Source: a virus | Lineage: Monodnaviria > Loebvirae > Hofneiviricota > Faserviricetes > Tubulavirales > Inoviridae | Length of the DNA: 37,945 nucleotides | Virus record (IMG/VR): IMGVR_UViG_2923312938_000004 | Direction: 5' to 3' (one strand) | In this document: piece by piece, positions 8,632 to 23,526 of the stretch | How the letters are laid out: every line of letters begins with the position of its first letter | Numbering within the stretch: position 1 is the first letter of the stretch | Notes under the pieces: generated by a model | What the model saw: the letters and a program-made list of their open reading frames with translations, nothing else | Databases searched by the model: none | Told to the model about the DNA's origin: nothing | Translations under genes and position numbers: made by a program

Positions 8632-9960
8632 TTACCTACCGGATAATGATTTATCAACCAGGATGACTAATGACACTGCGGTGATGACATAAATAAAAAA
8701 GCGAATAACCTCCCGCAGATAACCGTCATAAATACGACAGACACCTTCCGTGGAGAGATTAAAGGGCATTTCCTCACCCCCGAAAGGCCGGAATGAAAAA
8801 CTTAAATCCAGTGGCACACAGACATCCCTGTTATTGCCGAAGAAGCCCTGAGGAATAATGCCGGAAAAATTAAGCACAGGCACATAATCTTCAATCAGGG
8901 GAATAAGTTCCTGAATCCGGTCCTGTACGCCCTGCTCCACTGAACTTATACCGTTCTCAATAATCCCCTGCATAGTGCTGTTAAACTGCGCCTGAGACGA
9001 AGAGTAGTTTTTATCCGGCTCTGTCAGTGCGCCAAATTTTTCATCAATGCTGTGTAAATATTTCACCTGCCTTTCTGTCATATAATCCATGGTAACAAGG
9101 GTTTTATTCTGAAGTTCAATGTAGCTGCTATGAAAACTGTCAATTTTGTCTCCGATGGCAGGCAGTCCGGCATTCAGCAGATAATATATTTTTCTTCCCC
9201 ACTCATCAGAAAGACCGTCATCCCCGTTTCCGGTGTTATTATCATTGCCGTCACTCCCGGTATTTCCACCACCGGAATTATTACCGCCATCGCTGCCGGA
9301 ATTATTATCTTCACTACCGTTGTTATCTTCCTCATTACCGTTGTCAGGAACAATTTTCCCGTCCTCAATTTTATAACCCTCCCTTAAATAACAGGTGCTG
9401 TTATAAAGGTTCTGCCAGCCGGAACCGTTGGGAGTGCAGGAGTAATATTTTGCGTGAGCGCGCAACTCAGATAAAGGCATAGTTTCCCGCGGGAGATAAT
9501 ATCCTGAAAATGAACCACAGATTAACAGCGGATTATTATCACACTCCTGCCTCCTCAGTGTATCCGCAAGTTCAAGCAAATAGACAGCAGAAACCTGACC
9601 GGATACAGCGTTATCATTATCATCACCGGAACTGTTGTCCCCGTTGCCGCCGGAACTGTTATCCCCGTCACCGCCATCACCATCCGAAGGCTCATAAGCT
9701 GCCACAGGGATCCAGTTAGTAGCGGCGACATCACCTGTTTCACTGCCAACAATCACACCTGTCGCCATATAAATACAGCCATCCACAACAGCATACCATG
9801 TATTATCACTGCGAAACGCCCCGGAAAGTGACCCCTGCAGCGCCGGACGGGAAATACAGGCCTCATCAGACTCCGTTAAATTAAAAGGCGCAAATGTTCT
9901 TGTGAATGACTCAGCAGATGAAAAGAACGGAAGAAATAAAAGCAGAAATAACAGCCGCAT
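8632..9960 (-). CDS. gIII-like adsorption protein (copy B), 442 aa
   Basis: Same as copy A except one residue (GYYLPRE versus GYYPPRE) caused by a G-to-A difference at 9486. Confidence 0.7.
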   Translation of the reverse strand: MRLLFLLLFLPFFSSAESFTRTFAPFNLTESDEACISRPALQGSLSGAFRSDNTWYAVVDGCIYMATGVIVGSETGDVAATNWIPVAAYEPSDGDGGDGDNSSGGNGDNSSGDDNDNAVSGQVSAVYLLELADTLRRQECDNNPLLICGSFSGYYLPRETMPLSELRAHAKYYSCTPNGSGWQNLYNSTCYLREGYKIEDGKIVPDNGNEEDNNGSEDNNSGSDGGNNSGGGNTGSDGNDNNTGNGDDGLSDEWGRKIYYLLNAGLPAIGDKIDSFHSSYIELQNKTLVTMDYMTERQVKYLHSIDEKFGALTEPDKNYSSSQAQFNSTMQGIIENGISSVEQGVQDRIQELIPLIEDYVPVLNFSGIIPQGFFGNNRDVCVPLDLSFSFRPFGGEEMPFNLSTEGVCRIYDGYLREVIRFFIYVITAVSLVILVDKSLSGR

Positions 9961-10015
9961 AATGACCTCTGATAAAAAAGGGGCGCACGGCCCCTGTATT
10001 ATTAATTAAACAGCA

Positions 10016-10291
10016 TCAGGAAGATGCCATTCTGAAGAGGGATTTAACTACGCGGAAACCAATCATTAAAGAAACGCCAAAGCCCAGTAAAAGAAATGCT
10101 GCGGTACCCACCACGCCCAGCGTTGACAAAATGGAGTTCACCACCGGGTCAATCATATCCTGGTTGATAACTGCCTGTCCGGGGGTATAACTCACCCCTT
10201 CAGCCAGAACAGGACCGGACGCCAGCATCAGGGAAGATGCAATGACCAGAGGTTTTTTTACGAACGTAACTGCTTTTTCACGAACAGACAT
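10016..10291 (-). CDS. Major coat protein (copy B)
   Basis: Identical to copy A at offset 8269. Confidence 0.8.
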   Translation of the reverse strand: MSVREKAVTFVKKPLVIASSLMLASGPVLAEGVSYTPGQAVINQDMIDPVVNSILSTLGVVGTAAFLLLGFGVSLMIGFRVVKSLFRMASS

Positions 10292-10311
10292 AATATATAA
10301 CTCCTGTATTA

Positions 10312-10470
10312 TTACAAAAAAGATGAAAAAAGTGTTTTCGTCAGGGAAAACACATACCCGAAGCCAAAACCGGCAAGCCAGCTGATGGCCCATATACCAA
10401 AAAGCGCAACAAGCGGAGGATAAGAACCCACGCCGGATATTGTCACAAGAAAATTTGTCTCAGAAAGCAT
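10312..10470 (-). CDS. Small hydrophobic virion protein, 52 aa (copy B)
   Basis: Coordinates from copy A plus 8269; flanking ORFs map at the same offset. Confidence 0.45.
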   Translation of the reverse strand: MLSETNFLVTISGVGSYPPLVALFGIWAISWLAGFGFGYVFSLTKTLFSSFL

Positions 10471-10472
10471 GA

Positions 10473-10574
10473 TTAACGCCTTCCCGTAATGACTCCGCCA
10501 ATAAAAGCCAGTGAAAATATCAGCACTGGCACAGCACCAAAGAGAATAAGAACGAAAAATTCAGTCGTGAGCAT
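10473..10574 (-). CDS. Small hydrophobic virion protein, 33 aa (copy B)
   Basis: ATG (cat on plus) verified at 10572-10574. Confidence 0.45.
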   Translation of the reverse strand: MLTTEFFVLILFGAVPVLIFSLAFIGGVITGRR

Positions 10575-10584
10575 ATTTCAAAAA

Positions 10585-12341
<1,757 letters not shown>

Positions 12342-12459
12342 TTACCGCATGCGCGCATCATAATCACATTTAACACGTGTTGTAAATACGCATGCGCTAT
12401 GCGGGTGTAAAAAAATGGAATAATCACCTTCTATTGAAAGGACATAGAGGTAAATTTTG

Positions 12460-12672
12460 ATGAAAAAAGAAACAAAGCGCGGAGACACAACCGTAAGGAT
12501 TAACGAAAACAGAAAACTGGAGCTAAAACGAAGAGTGCTGGAAATCGGTAATAAAACAGGTGAGCTACTAAAACCATCAGAGATAGTAAACCACTTAATA
12601 GACAACTACTTAGATGATGCGGTGAAAGATCTAATAAGCAAAGAAGAACTTAAGAAAAAAAAGGCAATGTGA
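12460..12672 (+). CDS. RHH DNA-binding regulator, 70 aa (copy B, consensus form)
   Basis: A8 run gives stop after ...KKKKAM. Confidence 0.6.
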   Translation: MKKETKRGDTTVRINENRKLELKRRVLEIGNKTGELLKPSEIVNHLIDNYLDDAVKDLISKEELKKKKAM

Positions 12673-12973
12673 TCCCTTTTCCTGCATTCAGCAGACTACC
12701 CGCGAAGGATCGAAAGGATACGGTTTAACTGGAAACCCTTGAGTTTCCGTTGACTCTACCCCCGTGTTACAAGACGGGGGTTTTTCTCCCGGCCTGTAAC
12801 ACATCGCTCTCTGATGTTAATGCAGGCGCTCCGCTCCTCGCAGGTTGTCGTTGTCGGCGTCCTCCTCCCGTCGTCCTTCTTCGCCTCCAACCTGCTGCGG
12901 TGCGGTACGACTGGATTAAGGGCGATTCAACTTCGTTACATGGACATTTAAAAACAAAAGCATGAGGGGAAGA

Positions 12974-13147
12974 ATGAACAACTGGAGTGAGATCATATTA
13001 GACCTGCTGATGAAGCACATAATAGGTGGCGCTGCGATTGGCGTGGCTATCCTGTTGTTTGCCGGAGTGATTTTTCCTGTTGCGCTGAAGATAAGGAAGC
13101 TCACTGGCAGGAAAAAACAGCGAATAAAACAGAAACTCATCAGTTAA
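12974..13147 (+). CDS. Small membrane protein with polybasic tail (copy B)
   Basis: ATG at 12974 after GAGGGGAAG; identical 57 aa. Confidence 0.55.
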   Translation: MNNWSEIILDLLMKHIIGGAAIGVAILLFAGVIFPVALKIRKLTGRKKQRIKQKLIS

Positions 13148-13151
13148 GGCC

Positions 13152-13245
13152 AGTGCGCACAATGACGTTATGTGTAAAAAGGCCGCTGCGGTGGAGAGTA
13201 TCGCAGCGGCCTTTTCAACATAACGTGTAACACATTATGCGCACT
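13152..13245. other. Putative attP dif-like inverted pair (copy B)
   Basis: Same sequence as 4884-4977. Confidence 0.6.
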
Positions 13246-14042
13246 GGCGTTGTGGTAGCTGAATTAAGGTGTCCGTGTGGGTACACAAACCCGGGAGTAA
13301 AAAAAGAAAACGCCTTATAACCTGGGAAAGTTATAAAGCGTCCCGGAAAATCCAGAAATGGATACAATGAAATATCCGTCTCAGTCAACGTAATTTACGT
13401 CTCAATCAACGTGATATACGGCCTTAACTGACATTATGTGTCTACTACCTACTCACCCTCACATAGATGAGCAGCAAGACTATAACAAGTAAACATTACG
13501 GCGGATAACACCTGCAGACCTCTTGTTGAAAATTCCGGCTCAAAAGACGGCCTCTGGCGTTGTGATGGCTGAATTGAGATGTTCGTGTGGGTACACCGGG
13601 AAGTAAAAAGAAAACGCCCTATAACCTGGGAAAGTTATAAGGCGCACTGGAAAATCCAGGTAATTATGGGATGTACGCGTCTAAACCAACGTTATGTCCG
13701 CCTCAGTATGTGCCAGTCCACTGCCACATAACAGAGTGCGCAAATTGTAACGAGTAAAACATTATCGCCGATAACACATCAGGACCTCTGTTTGAAAATT
13801 CCGGCTCAAAAAGACGGCCTGTCAGTCATCAATTCCATCGAACGGCTTCATCAATGACTGTCCGACTCCCGTCTTGCGCCGCTCGTCTCGCTGGCTGCCC
13901 GCTAAAAGGCGGTCTGGCAGGCGGCGCGTTGCGCTGTTTCCTGCTGCTCTGTCATCTCTCCCCGGTTTCGGCGGGCTGACATCTGCGTCACATGAAACTT
14001 CATCATGCCGCCTTACATGTCCTGACGGACATCATCACACAC

Positions 14043-15263
14043 TCAGACCCGCCGGGCCTGAAGAACGACGATGATATCGGTTTTCGCACGTTCATCAGAG
14101 TCTGAACCAAACACATCCGGCAGAAATGAAAGCCCTGTCCGCGCCTTTGATGTCTTGTTCTCCGCCAGTCCGCCCAGCACAATGATATCACCGTCATTCA
14201 GACTCACCGACGTGGACACCTCGCGCTTTATCAGCGTTGGCGTGTTATTCACCCCCGTATCCGTTTTTGCAAAGTTACTCAGCTGCTGAACGATATCCAG
14301 ACCTATCACATCCTGCGTCACGGTGGGTTTTACCCGAAAAATAGCCCCGCTGCTGCGGTATTCCACGGACTGCACCGGAACCTTATCCTGCCATGACACT
14401 GATGACAGAACCGGCACATCAGACCCCACGCTGAAAACCGCCTCCTTACCGGAGATAACGCGCAGACGTGGCGAACTGACCACCTGAAAACGGCTGTCGG
14501 TCCTGAATAACTCATACATTGCATCAACAGACCCCGTGCTGAGGCGAATAAAGTTATCCAGCCCCGATGCGCTGCTCATGGTGATACTGAAACGACCGGA
14601 TAAAAGCTCTGCGGCCAGCGCCAGACCTGAACCGTTACGCTCACTGGTCTGGACCTCAAACACATACCCGGCAACCGAAACCTCCTGTGCCCTGACGTCA
14701 ATCTGCGGCAGAAGCTGCCGGACAAGCTCAACTTCCCGGGCCGTTCCCCGGAACACAAACACATCCCCGGATGCACTGATGAACCGGGTACCACTGCTGA
14801 CCGCCTGCCATGTCTGCTCACCGTTTGCCCCCTGAACCGGCTGTTGTGCGGCCGGAAGCTGACCCAGACCGGAAAGCGCCTGATGCAGATACTCCACTGT
14901 CCGGTAACGGGGCGTGTAAACAAGGGATTTCAGCGGCTCCTCTGGTGCGGCAGGTGTATGACTGTAAATATAATCAACGCCCTTTTTACGGCTTATCCTG
15001 ATATTCATATTACCGAGATAACGGGTAATAAATTCCCGTTCATCGATATCCGGTGAAATATGCAGCGTGACGGCCCGCGGGTCATTGACCAGTTCAGGGG
15101 CCAGCATGAACGGTGTTTTCAGGACTTCCGTCCAGAGCAGCGTCACCGCATCAGGCAGGCTCATGCGGTTAATATCCAGTTCCGTCCCGGCTGAAAACGA
15201 CGGCAGCGGGAATAACAGCGCCATTGCAGGCAGCACCGGGAGAAGTAATTTTCTGATATTCAT
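14043..15263 (-). CDS. Secretin gIV-like (copy B)
   Basis: Identical 406-aa translation. Confidence 0.75.
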   Translation of the reverse strand: MNIRKLLLPVLPAMALLFPLPSFSAGTELDINRMSLPDAVTLLWTEVLKTPFMLAPELVNDPRAVTLHISPDIDEREFITRYLGNMNIRISRKKGVDYIYSHTPAAPEEPLKSLVYTPRYRTVEYLHQALSGLGQLPAAQQPVQGANGEQTWQAVSSGTRFISASGDVFVFRGTAREVELVRQLLPQIDVRAQEVSVAGYVFEVQTSERNGSGLALAAELLSGRFSITMSSASGLDNFIRLSTGSVDAMYELFRTDSRFQVVSSPRLRVISGKEAVFSVGSDVPVLSSVSWQDKVPVQSVEYRSSGAIFRVKPTVTQDVIGLDIVQQLSNFAKTDTGVNNTPTLIKREVSTSVSLNDGDIIVLGGLAENKTSKARTGLSFLPDVFGSDSDERAKTDIIVVLQARRV

Positions 15264-16527
15264 ATTCTGTCCCTATGGTGTGGTGAGAGAAACGGACATC
15301 CCCCGGCACCGCTGCCGGACGAACGCGACGGGGAAGGTTCACTGCCTGACCCGCTGTGAAACGTGATGTGTTCGCCATCCAGTTCCAGTACAGTAAGCAG
15401 CCCTTCATACGGCAGTTCACTGCGCACAAGCCGCGTGACGTTGCTGTTACTGCGCAGAATAAAAACCCCCTGCCCGTTACCGTCACGCATATGACCGGAA
15501 AGCCGCCAGACACGGGAAAGCGGCAGTTCTGCCGGAGATGCGACCTGTGGTACAGGCGGCGCTTTTTCAGTGGTGATTACCTGTGGTGGTGCCTGCATGA
15601 CCGTTGCAGCCGGCTCATCAGGTGTGCCGGAGAAAAAATCCAGCACAAGACGTCCCCAGAACCAGAAAACAGGCCACCCACCACAACGGACAACAGTTTT
15701 TTACGGCGCGCCTGTTGCTGCTCCTTTCGTTCCTCTGCCGTGAAGGTCTGCAAATCCCCTTTCTCCTGCCGCTCACGCAGCCGCCGGAACTGCCGGAGGG
15801 TTCTGCCGGGCAACAGGGAATACATGGCGCGCATATCACAGACCCGCTGATGCTCACCCGTTCCGAGCAGTTCCATTCCGTCATCAAATACCATGTTTGT
15901 CGGATGGATACCGTAAAAGGACGGCGCATAAAAAACGCGGGATTCATTGGGACGGGAATTCGCCCGGGGAACACCGATATAAATTTTTGCCGAAATCAGG
16001 TGCGGCAGAAGCCCTTTCCGGCTGCCCGTATCGCCAAACTTATCCGGCATGCAGAGTTCCAGAATATCGGACACGACCGGGACACGAATACGATCAAGAC
16101 GACGGCAGCGGACAATCAGCTCACCCGTGGATTTAAATATTTTGCTGTCAACGGCGGATTCATCCTGCACCTGAATATAAACATCCCAGCCCAGTTTCCC
16201 GGACTGTACAAACCATTTGTAATATTCCAGGTATTCCCGGCCGGAAGATGTGCCGTTAAGCCATGTTCCGACCTCATCCAGAAATAACGCACCAAACCGC
16301 TCCTTCTCATTTTCATCACAACCACGCCCCAGCGCCCAGAAATCTTCAGGACGAGGACGGGCCGGAAGCACGGTCAACGGATGCGATGAAGCCGGGTCCA
16401 TTTTTTCAGTATCAAGCGGGTAATTTGCCGCAATTCTGTGTCCGCGACGGTAAAACTGTTTTGCCACCATGGAGCAGAACAGCCCCTTCCCGTTGCGCAT
16501 TTTTCCTGTCACCCAGTAAACAGCCAT
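15260..16527 (-). pseudogene. gI/Zot-like assembly NTPase, frame-broken in this copy
   Basis: Split into a 316-aa N-terminal ORF (15577-16527) and a 128-aa C-terminal ORF (15260-15646). The A-run at about 15661-15664 is one A shorter than copy A (cagaaaacaggcc versus cagaaaaacaggcc). Probably a homopolymer sequencing error. Confidence 0.6.
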
Positions 16528-16534
16528 AACACCC

Positions 16535-16893
16535 CTACTTCATTAAACCCAGTGTCAGTTTTCCGAGAATGAAAGCCTTCACCCGGAAGGCAAAATACAG
16601 CGACCATGCGCCGGTAATAATATTCAGGCAGACCGGAAGGTTATCCGGAAACAGGCTGGACACGCTGATCCAGACCGGATGCGTGAATACCGGAGAGGTC
16701 AGCATCAGGGAAGAAAACTTTTCATTCACGAAGGAAATAAAAACGCTGTAAAACCCATACCAGACCCCGACCGTGGTCAGTGCAATCACGGACTTGAGGA
16801 GAAAAAACGCAGGAGGCACCGGAAAATAAACGGCACCAGAAATATCATCATATCCTTAAAAAAGACGGTCAGTCCCATAAAAACAGCTGGCAT
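16535..16893 (-). pseudogene. gVI-like protein, frame-broken N-terminal region (copy C)
   Basis: 94-aa ORF only (16535-16819). The A-run at about 16802 is one shorter than in the other copies. Confidence 0.5.
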
Positions 16894-16895
16894 AT

Positions 16896-18221
16896 TTACC
16901 TACCGGATAATGATTTATCAACCAGGATGACTAATGACACTGCGGTGATGACATAAATAAAAAAGCGAATAACCTCCCGCAGATAACCGTCATAAATACG
17001 ACAGACACCTTCCGTGGAGAGATTAAAGGGCATTTCCTCACCCCCGAAAGGCCGGAATGAAAAACTTAAATCCAGTGGCACACAGACATCCCTGTTATTG
17101 CCGAAGAAGCCCTGAGGAATAATGCCGGAAAAATTAAGCACAGGCACATAATCTTCAATCAGGGGAATAAGTTCCTGAATCCGGTCCTGTACGCCCTGCT
17201 CCACTGAACTTATACCGTTCTCAATAATCCCCTGCATAGTGCTGTTAAACTGCGCCTGAGACGAAGAGTAGTTTTTATCCGGCTCTGTCAGTGCGCCAAA
17301 TTTTTCATCAATGCTGTGTAAATATTTCACCTGCCTTTCTGTCATATAATCCATGTAACAAGGGTTTTATTCTGAAGTTCAATGTAGCTGCTATGAAAAC
17401 TGTCAATTTTGTCTCCGATGCAGGCAGTCCGGCATTCAGCAGATAATATATTTTCTTCCCCACTCATCAGAAAGACCGTCATCCCCGTTTCCGGTGTTAT
17501 TATCATTGCCGTCACTCCCGGTATTTCCACCACCGGAATTATTACCGCCATCGCTGCCGGAATTATTATCTTCACTACCGTTGTTATCTTCCTCATTACC
17601 GTTGTCAGGAACAATTTTCCCGTCCTCAATTTTATAACCCTCCCTTAAATAACAGGTGCTGTTATAAAGGTTCTGCCAGCCGGAACCGTTGGGAGTGCAG
17701 GAGTAATATTTTGCGTGAGCGCGCAACTCAGATAAAGGCATAGTTTCCCGCGGGAGATAATATCCTGAAAATGAACCACAGATTAACAGCGGATTATTAT
17801 CACACTCCTGCCTCCTCAGTGTATCCGCAAGTTCAAGCAAATAGACAGCAGAAACCTGACCGGATACAGCGTTATCATTATCATCACCGGAACTGTTGTC
17901 CCCGTTGCCGCCGGAACTGTTATCCCCGTCACCGCCATCACCATCCGAAGGCTCATAAGCTGCCACAGGGATCCAGTTAGTAGCGGCGACATCACCTGTT
18001 TCACTGCCAACAATCACACCTGTCGCCATATAAATACAGCCATCCACAACAGCATACCATGTATTATCACTGCGAAACGCCCCGGAAAGTGACCCCTGCA
18101 GCGCCGGACGGGAAATACAGGCCTCATCAGACTCCGTTAAATTAAAAGGCGCAAATGTTCTTGTGAATGACTCAGCAGATGAAAAGAACGGAAGAAATAA
18201 AAGCAGAAATAACAGCCGCAT
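16896..18221 (-). pseudogene. gIII-like adsorption protein, multiple frameshifts (copy C)
   Basis: Broken into 152-, 95- and 261-aa ORFs by 1-nt deletions near 17355 (ccatgtaac versus ccatggtaac), 17420 and 17455. Confidence 0.6.
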
Positions 18222-18276
18222 AATGACCTCTGATAAAAAAGGGGCGCACGGCCCCTGTATTATTAATTAAACAGCA

Positions 18277-18551
18277 TCAGGAAGATGCCATTCTGAAGAG
18301 GGATTTAACTACGCGGAAACCAATCATTAAAGAAACGCCAAAGCCCAGTAAAAGAAATGCTGCGGTACCCACCACGCCCAGCGTTGACAAAATGGAGTTC
18401 ACCACCGGGTCAATCATATCCTGGTTGATAACTGCCTGTCCGGGGGTATAACTCACCCCTTCAGCCAGAACAGGACCGGACGCCAGCATCAGGGAAGATG
18501 CAATGACCAGAGGTTTTTTACGAACGTAACTGCTTTTTCACGAACAGACAT
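18277..18551 (-). pseudogene. Major coat protein, frameshifted near the signal-peptide region (copy C)
   Basis: T6 run at 18505-18510 versus T7 in the other copies; only the C-terminal 70 aa remain in frame. Confidence 0.55.
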
Positions 18552-18571
18552 AATATATAACTCCTGTATTA

Positions 18572-18730
18572 TTACAAAAAAGATGAAAAAAGTGTTTTCG
18601 TCAGGGAAAACACATACCCGAAGCCAAAACCGGCAAGCCAGCTGATGGCCCATATACCAAAAAGCGCAACAAGCGGAGGATAAGAACCCACGCCGGATAT
18701 TGTCACAAGAAAATTTGTCTCAGAAAGCAT
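18572..18730 (-). CDS. Small hydrophobic virion protein, 52 aa (copy C)
   Basis: Stop (tta on plus) verified at 18572-18574. Confidence 0.45.
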   Translation of the reverse strand: MLSETNFLVTISGVGSYPPLVALFGIWAISWLAGFGFGYVFSLTKTLFSSFL

Positions 18731-18732
18731 GA

Positions 18733-18834
18733 TTAACGCCTTCCCGTAATGACTCCGCCAATAAAAGCCAGTGAAAATATCAGCACTGGCACAGCACCAA
18801 AGAGAATAAGAACGAAAAATTCAGTCGTGAGCAT
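18733..18834 (-). CDS. Small hydrophobic virion protein, 33 aa (copy C)
   Basis: ATG verified at 18832-18834. Confidence 0.45.
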   Translation of the reverse strand: MLTTEFFVLILFGAVPVLIFSLAFIGGVITGRR

Positions 18835-18844
18835 ATTTCAAAAA

Positions 18845-20601
<1,757 letters not shown>

Positions 20602-20720
20602 TTACCGCATGCGCGCATCATAATCACATTTAACACGTGTTGTAAATACGCATGCGCTATGCGGGTGTAAAAAAAATGGAATAATCACCTTCTATTGAAA
20701 GGACATAGAGGTAAATTTTG

Positions 20721-20933
20721 ATGAAAAAAGAAACAAAGCGCGGAGACACAACCGTAAGGATTAACGAAAACAGAAAACTGGAGCTAAAACGAAGAGTGCT
20801 GGAAATCGGTAATAAAACAGGTGAGCTACTAAAACCATCAGAGATAGTAAACCACTTAATAGACAACTACTTAGATGATGCGGTGAAAGATCTAATAAGC
20901 AAAGAAGAACTTAAGAAAAAAAAGGCAATGTGA
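20721..20933 (+). CDS. RHH DNA-binding regulator, 70 aa (copy C)
   Basis: Identical to the copy B form. Confidence 0.6.
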   Translation: MKKETKRGDTTVRINENRKLELKRRVLEIGNKTGELLKPSEIVNHLIDNYLDDAVKDLISKEELKKKKAM

Positions 20934-21235
20934 TCCCTTTTCCTGCATTCAGCAGACTACCCGCGAAGGATCGAAAGGATACGGTTTAACTGGAAACCCT
21001 TGAGTTTCCGTTGACTCTACCCCCGTGTTACAAGACGGGGGTTTTTCTCCCGGCCTGTAACACATCGCTCTCTGATGTTAATGCAGGCGCTCCGCTCCTC
21101 GCAGGTTGTCGTTGTCGGCGTCCTCCTCCCGTCGTCCTTCTTCGCCTCCAACCTGCTGCGGTGCGGTACGACTGGATTAAGGGCGATTCAACTTCGTTAC
21201 ATGGACATTTAAAAAACAAAAGCATGAGGGGAAGA

Positions 21236-21409
21236 ATGAACAACTGGAGTGAGATCATATTAGACCTGCTGATGAAGCACATAATAGGTGGCGCTGCGAT
21301 TGGCGTGGCTATCCTGTTGTTTGCCGGAGTGATTTTTCCTGTTGCGCTGAAGATAAGGAAGCTCACTGGCAGGAAAAAACAGCGAATAAAACAGAAACTC
21401 ATCAGTTAA
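21236..21409 (+). CDS. Small membrane protein with polybasic tail (copy C)
   Basis: ATG verified at 21236. Confidence 0.55.
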   Translation: MNNWSEIILDLLMKHIIGGAAIGVAILLFAGVIFPVALKIRKLTGRKKQRIKQKLIS

Positions 21410-21413
21410 GGCC

Positions 21414-21507
21414 AGTGCGCACAATGACGTTATGTGTAAAAAGGCCGCTGCGGTGGAGAGTATCGCAGCGGCCTTTTCAACATAACGTGTAACACATTAT
21501 GCGCACT
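21414..21507. other. Putative attP dif-like inverted pair (copy C)
   Basis: Same sequence as 4884-4977. Confidence 0.6.
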
Positions 21508-22305
21508 GGCGTTGTGGTAGCTGAATTAAGGTGTCCGTGTGGGTACACAAACCCGGGAGTAAAAAAAGAAAACGCCTTATAACCTGGGAAAGTTATAAAG
21601 CGTCCCGGAAAATCCAGAAATGGATACAATGAAATATCCGTCTCAGTCAACGTAATTTACGTCTCAATCAACGTGATATACGGCCTTAACTGACATTATG
21701 TGTCTACTACCTACTCACCCTCACATAGATGAGCAGCAAGACTATAACAAGTAAACATTACGGCGGATAACACCTGCAGACCTCTTGTTGAAAATTCCGG
21801 CTCAAAAGACGGCCTCTGGCGTTGTGATGGCTGAATTGAGATGTTCGTGTGGGTACACCGGGAAGTAAAAAAGAAAACGCCCTATAACCTGGGAAAGTTA
21901 TAAGGCGCACTGGAAAATCCAGGTAATTATGGGATGTACGCGTCTAAACCAACGTTATGTCCGCCTCAGTATGTGCCAGTCCACTGCCACATAACAGAGT
22001 GCGCAAATTGTAACGAGTAAAACATTATCGCCGATAACACATCAGGACCTCTGTTTGAAAATTCCGGCTCAAAAAGACGGCCTGTCAGTCATCAATTCCA
22101 TCGAACGGCTTCATCAATGACTGTCCGACTCCCGTCTTGCGCCGCTCGTCTCGCTGGCTGCCCGCTAAAAGGCGGTCTGGCAGGCGGCGCGTTGCGCTGT
22201 TTCCTGCTGCTCTGTCATCTCTCCCCGGTTTCGGCGGGCTGACATCTGCGTCACATGAAACTTCATCATGCCGCCTTACATGTCCTGACGGACATCATCA
22301 CACAC

Positions 22306-23526
22306 TCAGACCCGCCGGGCCTGAAGAACGACGATGATATCGGTTTTCGCACGTTCATCAGAGTCTGAACCAAACACATCCGGCAGAAATGAAAGCCCTG
22401 TCCGCGCCTTTGATGTCTTGTTCTCCGCCAGTCCGCCCAGCACAATGATATCACCGTCATTCAGACTCACCGACGTGGACACCTCGCGCTTTATCAGCGT
22501 TGGCGTGTTATTCACCCCCGTATCCGTTTTTGCAAAGTTACTCAGCTGCTGAACGATATCCAGACCTATCACATCCTGCGTCACGGTGGGTTTTACCCGA
22601 AAAATAGCCCCGCTGCTGCGGTATTCCACGGACTGCACCGGAACCTTATCCTGCCATGACACTGATGACAGAACCGGCACATCAGACCCCACGCTGAAAA
22701 CCGCCTCCTTACCGGAGATAACGCGCAGACGTGGCGAACTGACCACCTGAAAACGGCTGTCGGTCCTGAATAACTCATACATTGCATCAACAGACCCCGT
22801 GCTGAGGCGAATAAAGTTATCCAGCCCCGATGCGCTGCTCATGGTGATACTGAAACGACCGGATAAAAGCTCTGCGGCCAGCGCCAGACCTGAACCGTTA
22901 CGCTCACTGGTCTGGACCTCAAACACATACCCGGCAACCGAAACCTCCTGTGCCCTGACGTCAATCTGCGGCAGAAGCTGCCGGACAAGCTCAACTTCCC
23001 GGGCCGTTCCCCGGAACACAAACACATCCCCGGATGCACTGATGAACCGGGTACCACTGCTGACCGCCTGCCATGTCTGCTCACCGTTTGCCCCCTGAAC
23101 CGGCTGTTGTGCGGCCGGAAGCTGACCCAGACCGGAAAGCGCCTGATGCAGATACTCCACTGTCCGGTAACGGGGCGTGTAAACAAGGGATTTCAGCGGC
23201 TCCTCTGGTGCGGCAGGTGTATGACTGTAAATATAATCAACGCCCTTTTTACGGCTTATCCTGATATTCATATTACCGAGATAACGGGTAATAAATTCCC
23301 GTTCATCGATATCCGGTGAAATATGCAGCGTGACGGCCCGCGGGTCATTGACCAGTTCAGGGGCCAGCATGAACGGTGTTTTCAGGACTTCCGTCCAGAG
23401 CAGCGTCACCGCATCAGGCAGGCTCATGCGGTTAATATCCAGTTCCGTCCCGGCTGAAAACGACGGCAGCGGGAATAACAGCGCCATTGCAGGCAGCACC
23501 GGGAGAAGTAATTTTCTGATATTCAT
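22306..23526 (-). CDS. Secretin gIV-like (copy C)
   Basis: Identical 406-aa translation; its ATG overlaps the gI stop in this copy. Confidence 0.75.
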   Translation of the reverse strand: MNIRKLLLPVLPAMALLFPLPSFSAGTELDINRMSLPDAVTLLWTEVLKTPFMLAPELVNDPRAVTLHISPDIDEREFITRYLGNMNIRISRKKGVDYIYSHTPAAPEEPLKSLVYTPRYRTVEYLHQALSGLGQLPAAQQPVQGANGEQTWQAVSSGTRFISASGDVFVFRGTAREVELVRQLLPQIDVRAQEVSVAGYVFEVQTSERNGSGLALAAELLSGRFSITMSSASGLDNFIRLSTGSVDAMYELFRTDSRFQVVSSPRLRVISGKEAVFSVGSDVPVLSSVSWQDKVPVQSVEYRSSGAIFRVKPTVTQDVIGLDIVQQLSNFAKTDTGVNNTPTLIKREVSTSVSLNDGDIIVLGGLAENKTSKARTGLSFLPDVFGSDSDERAKTDIIVVLQARRV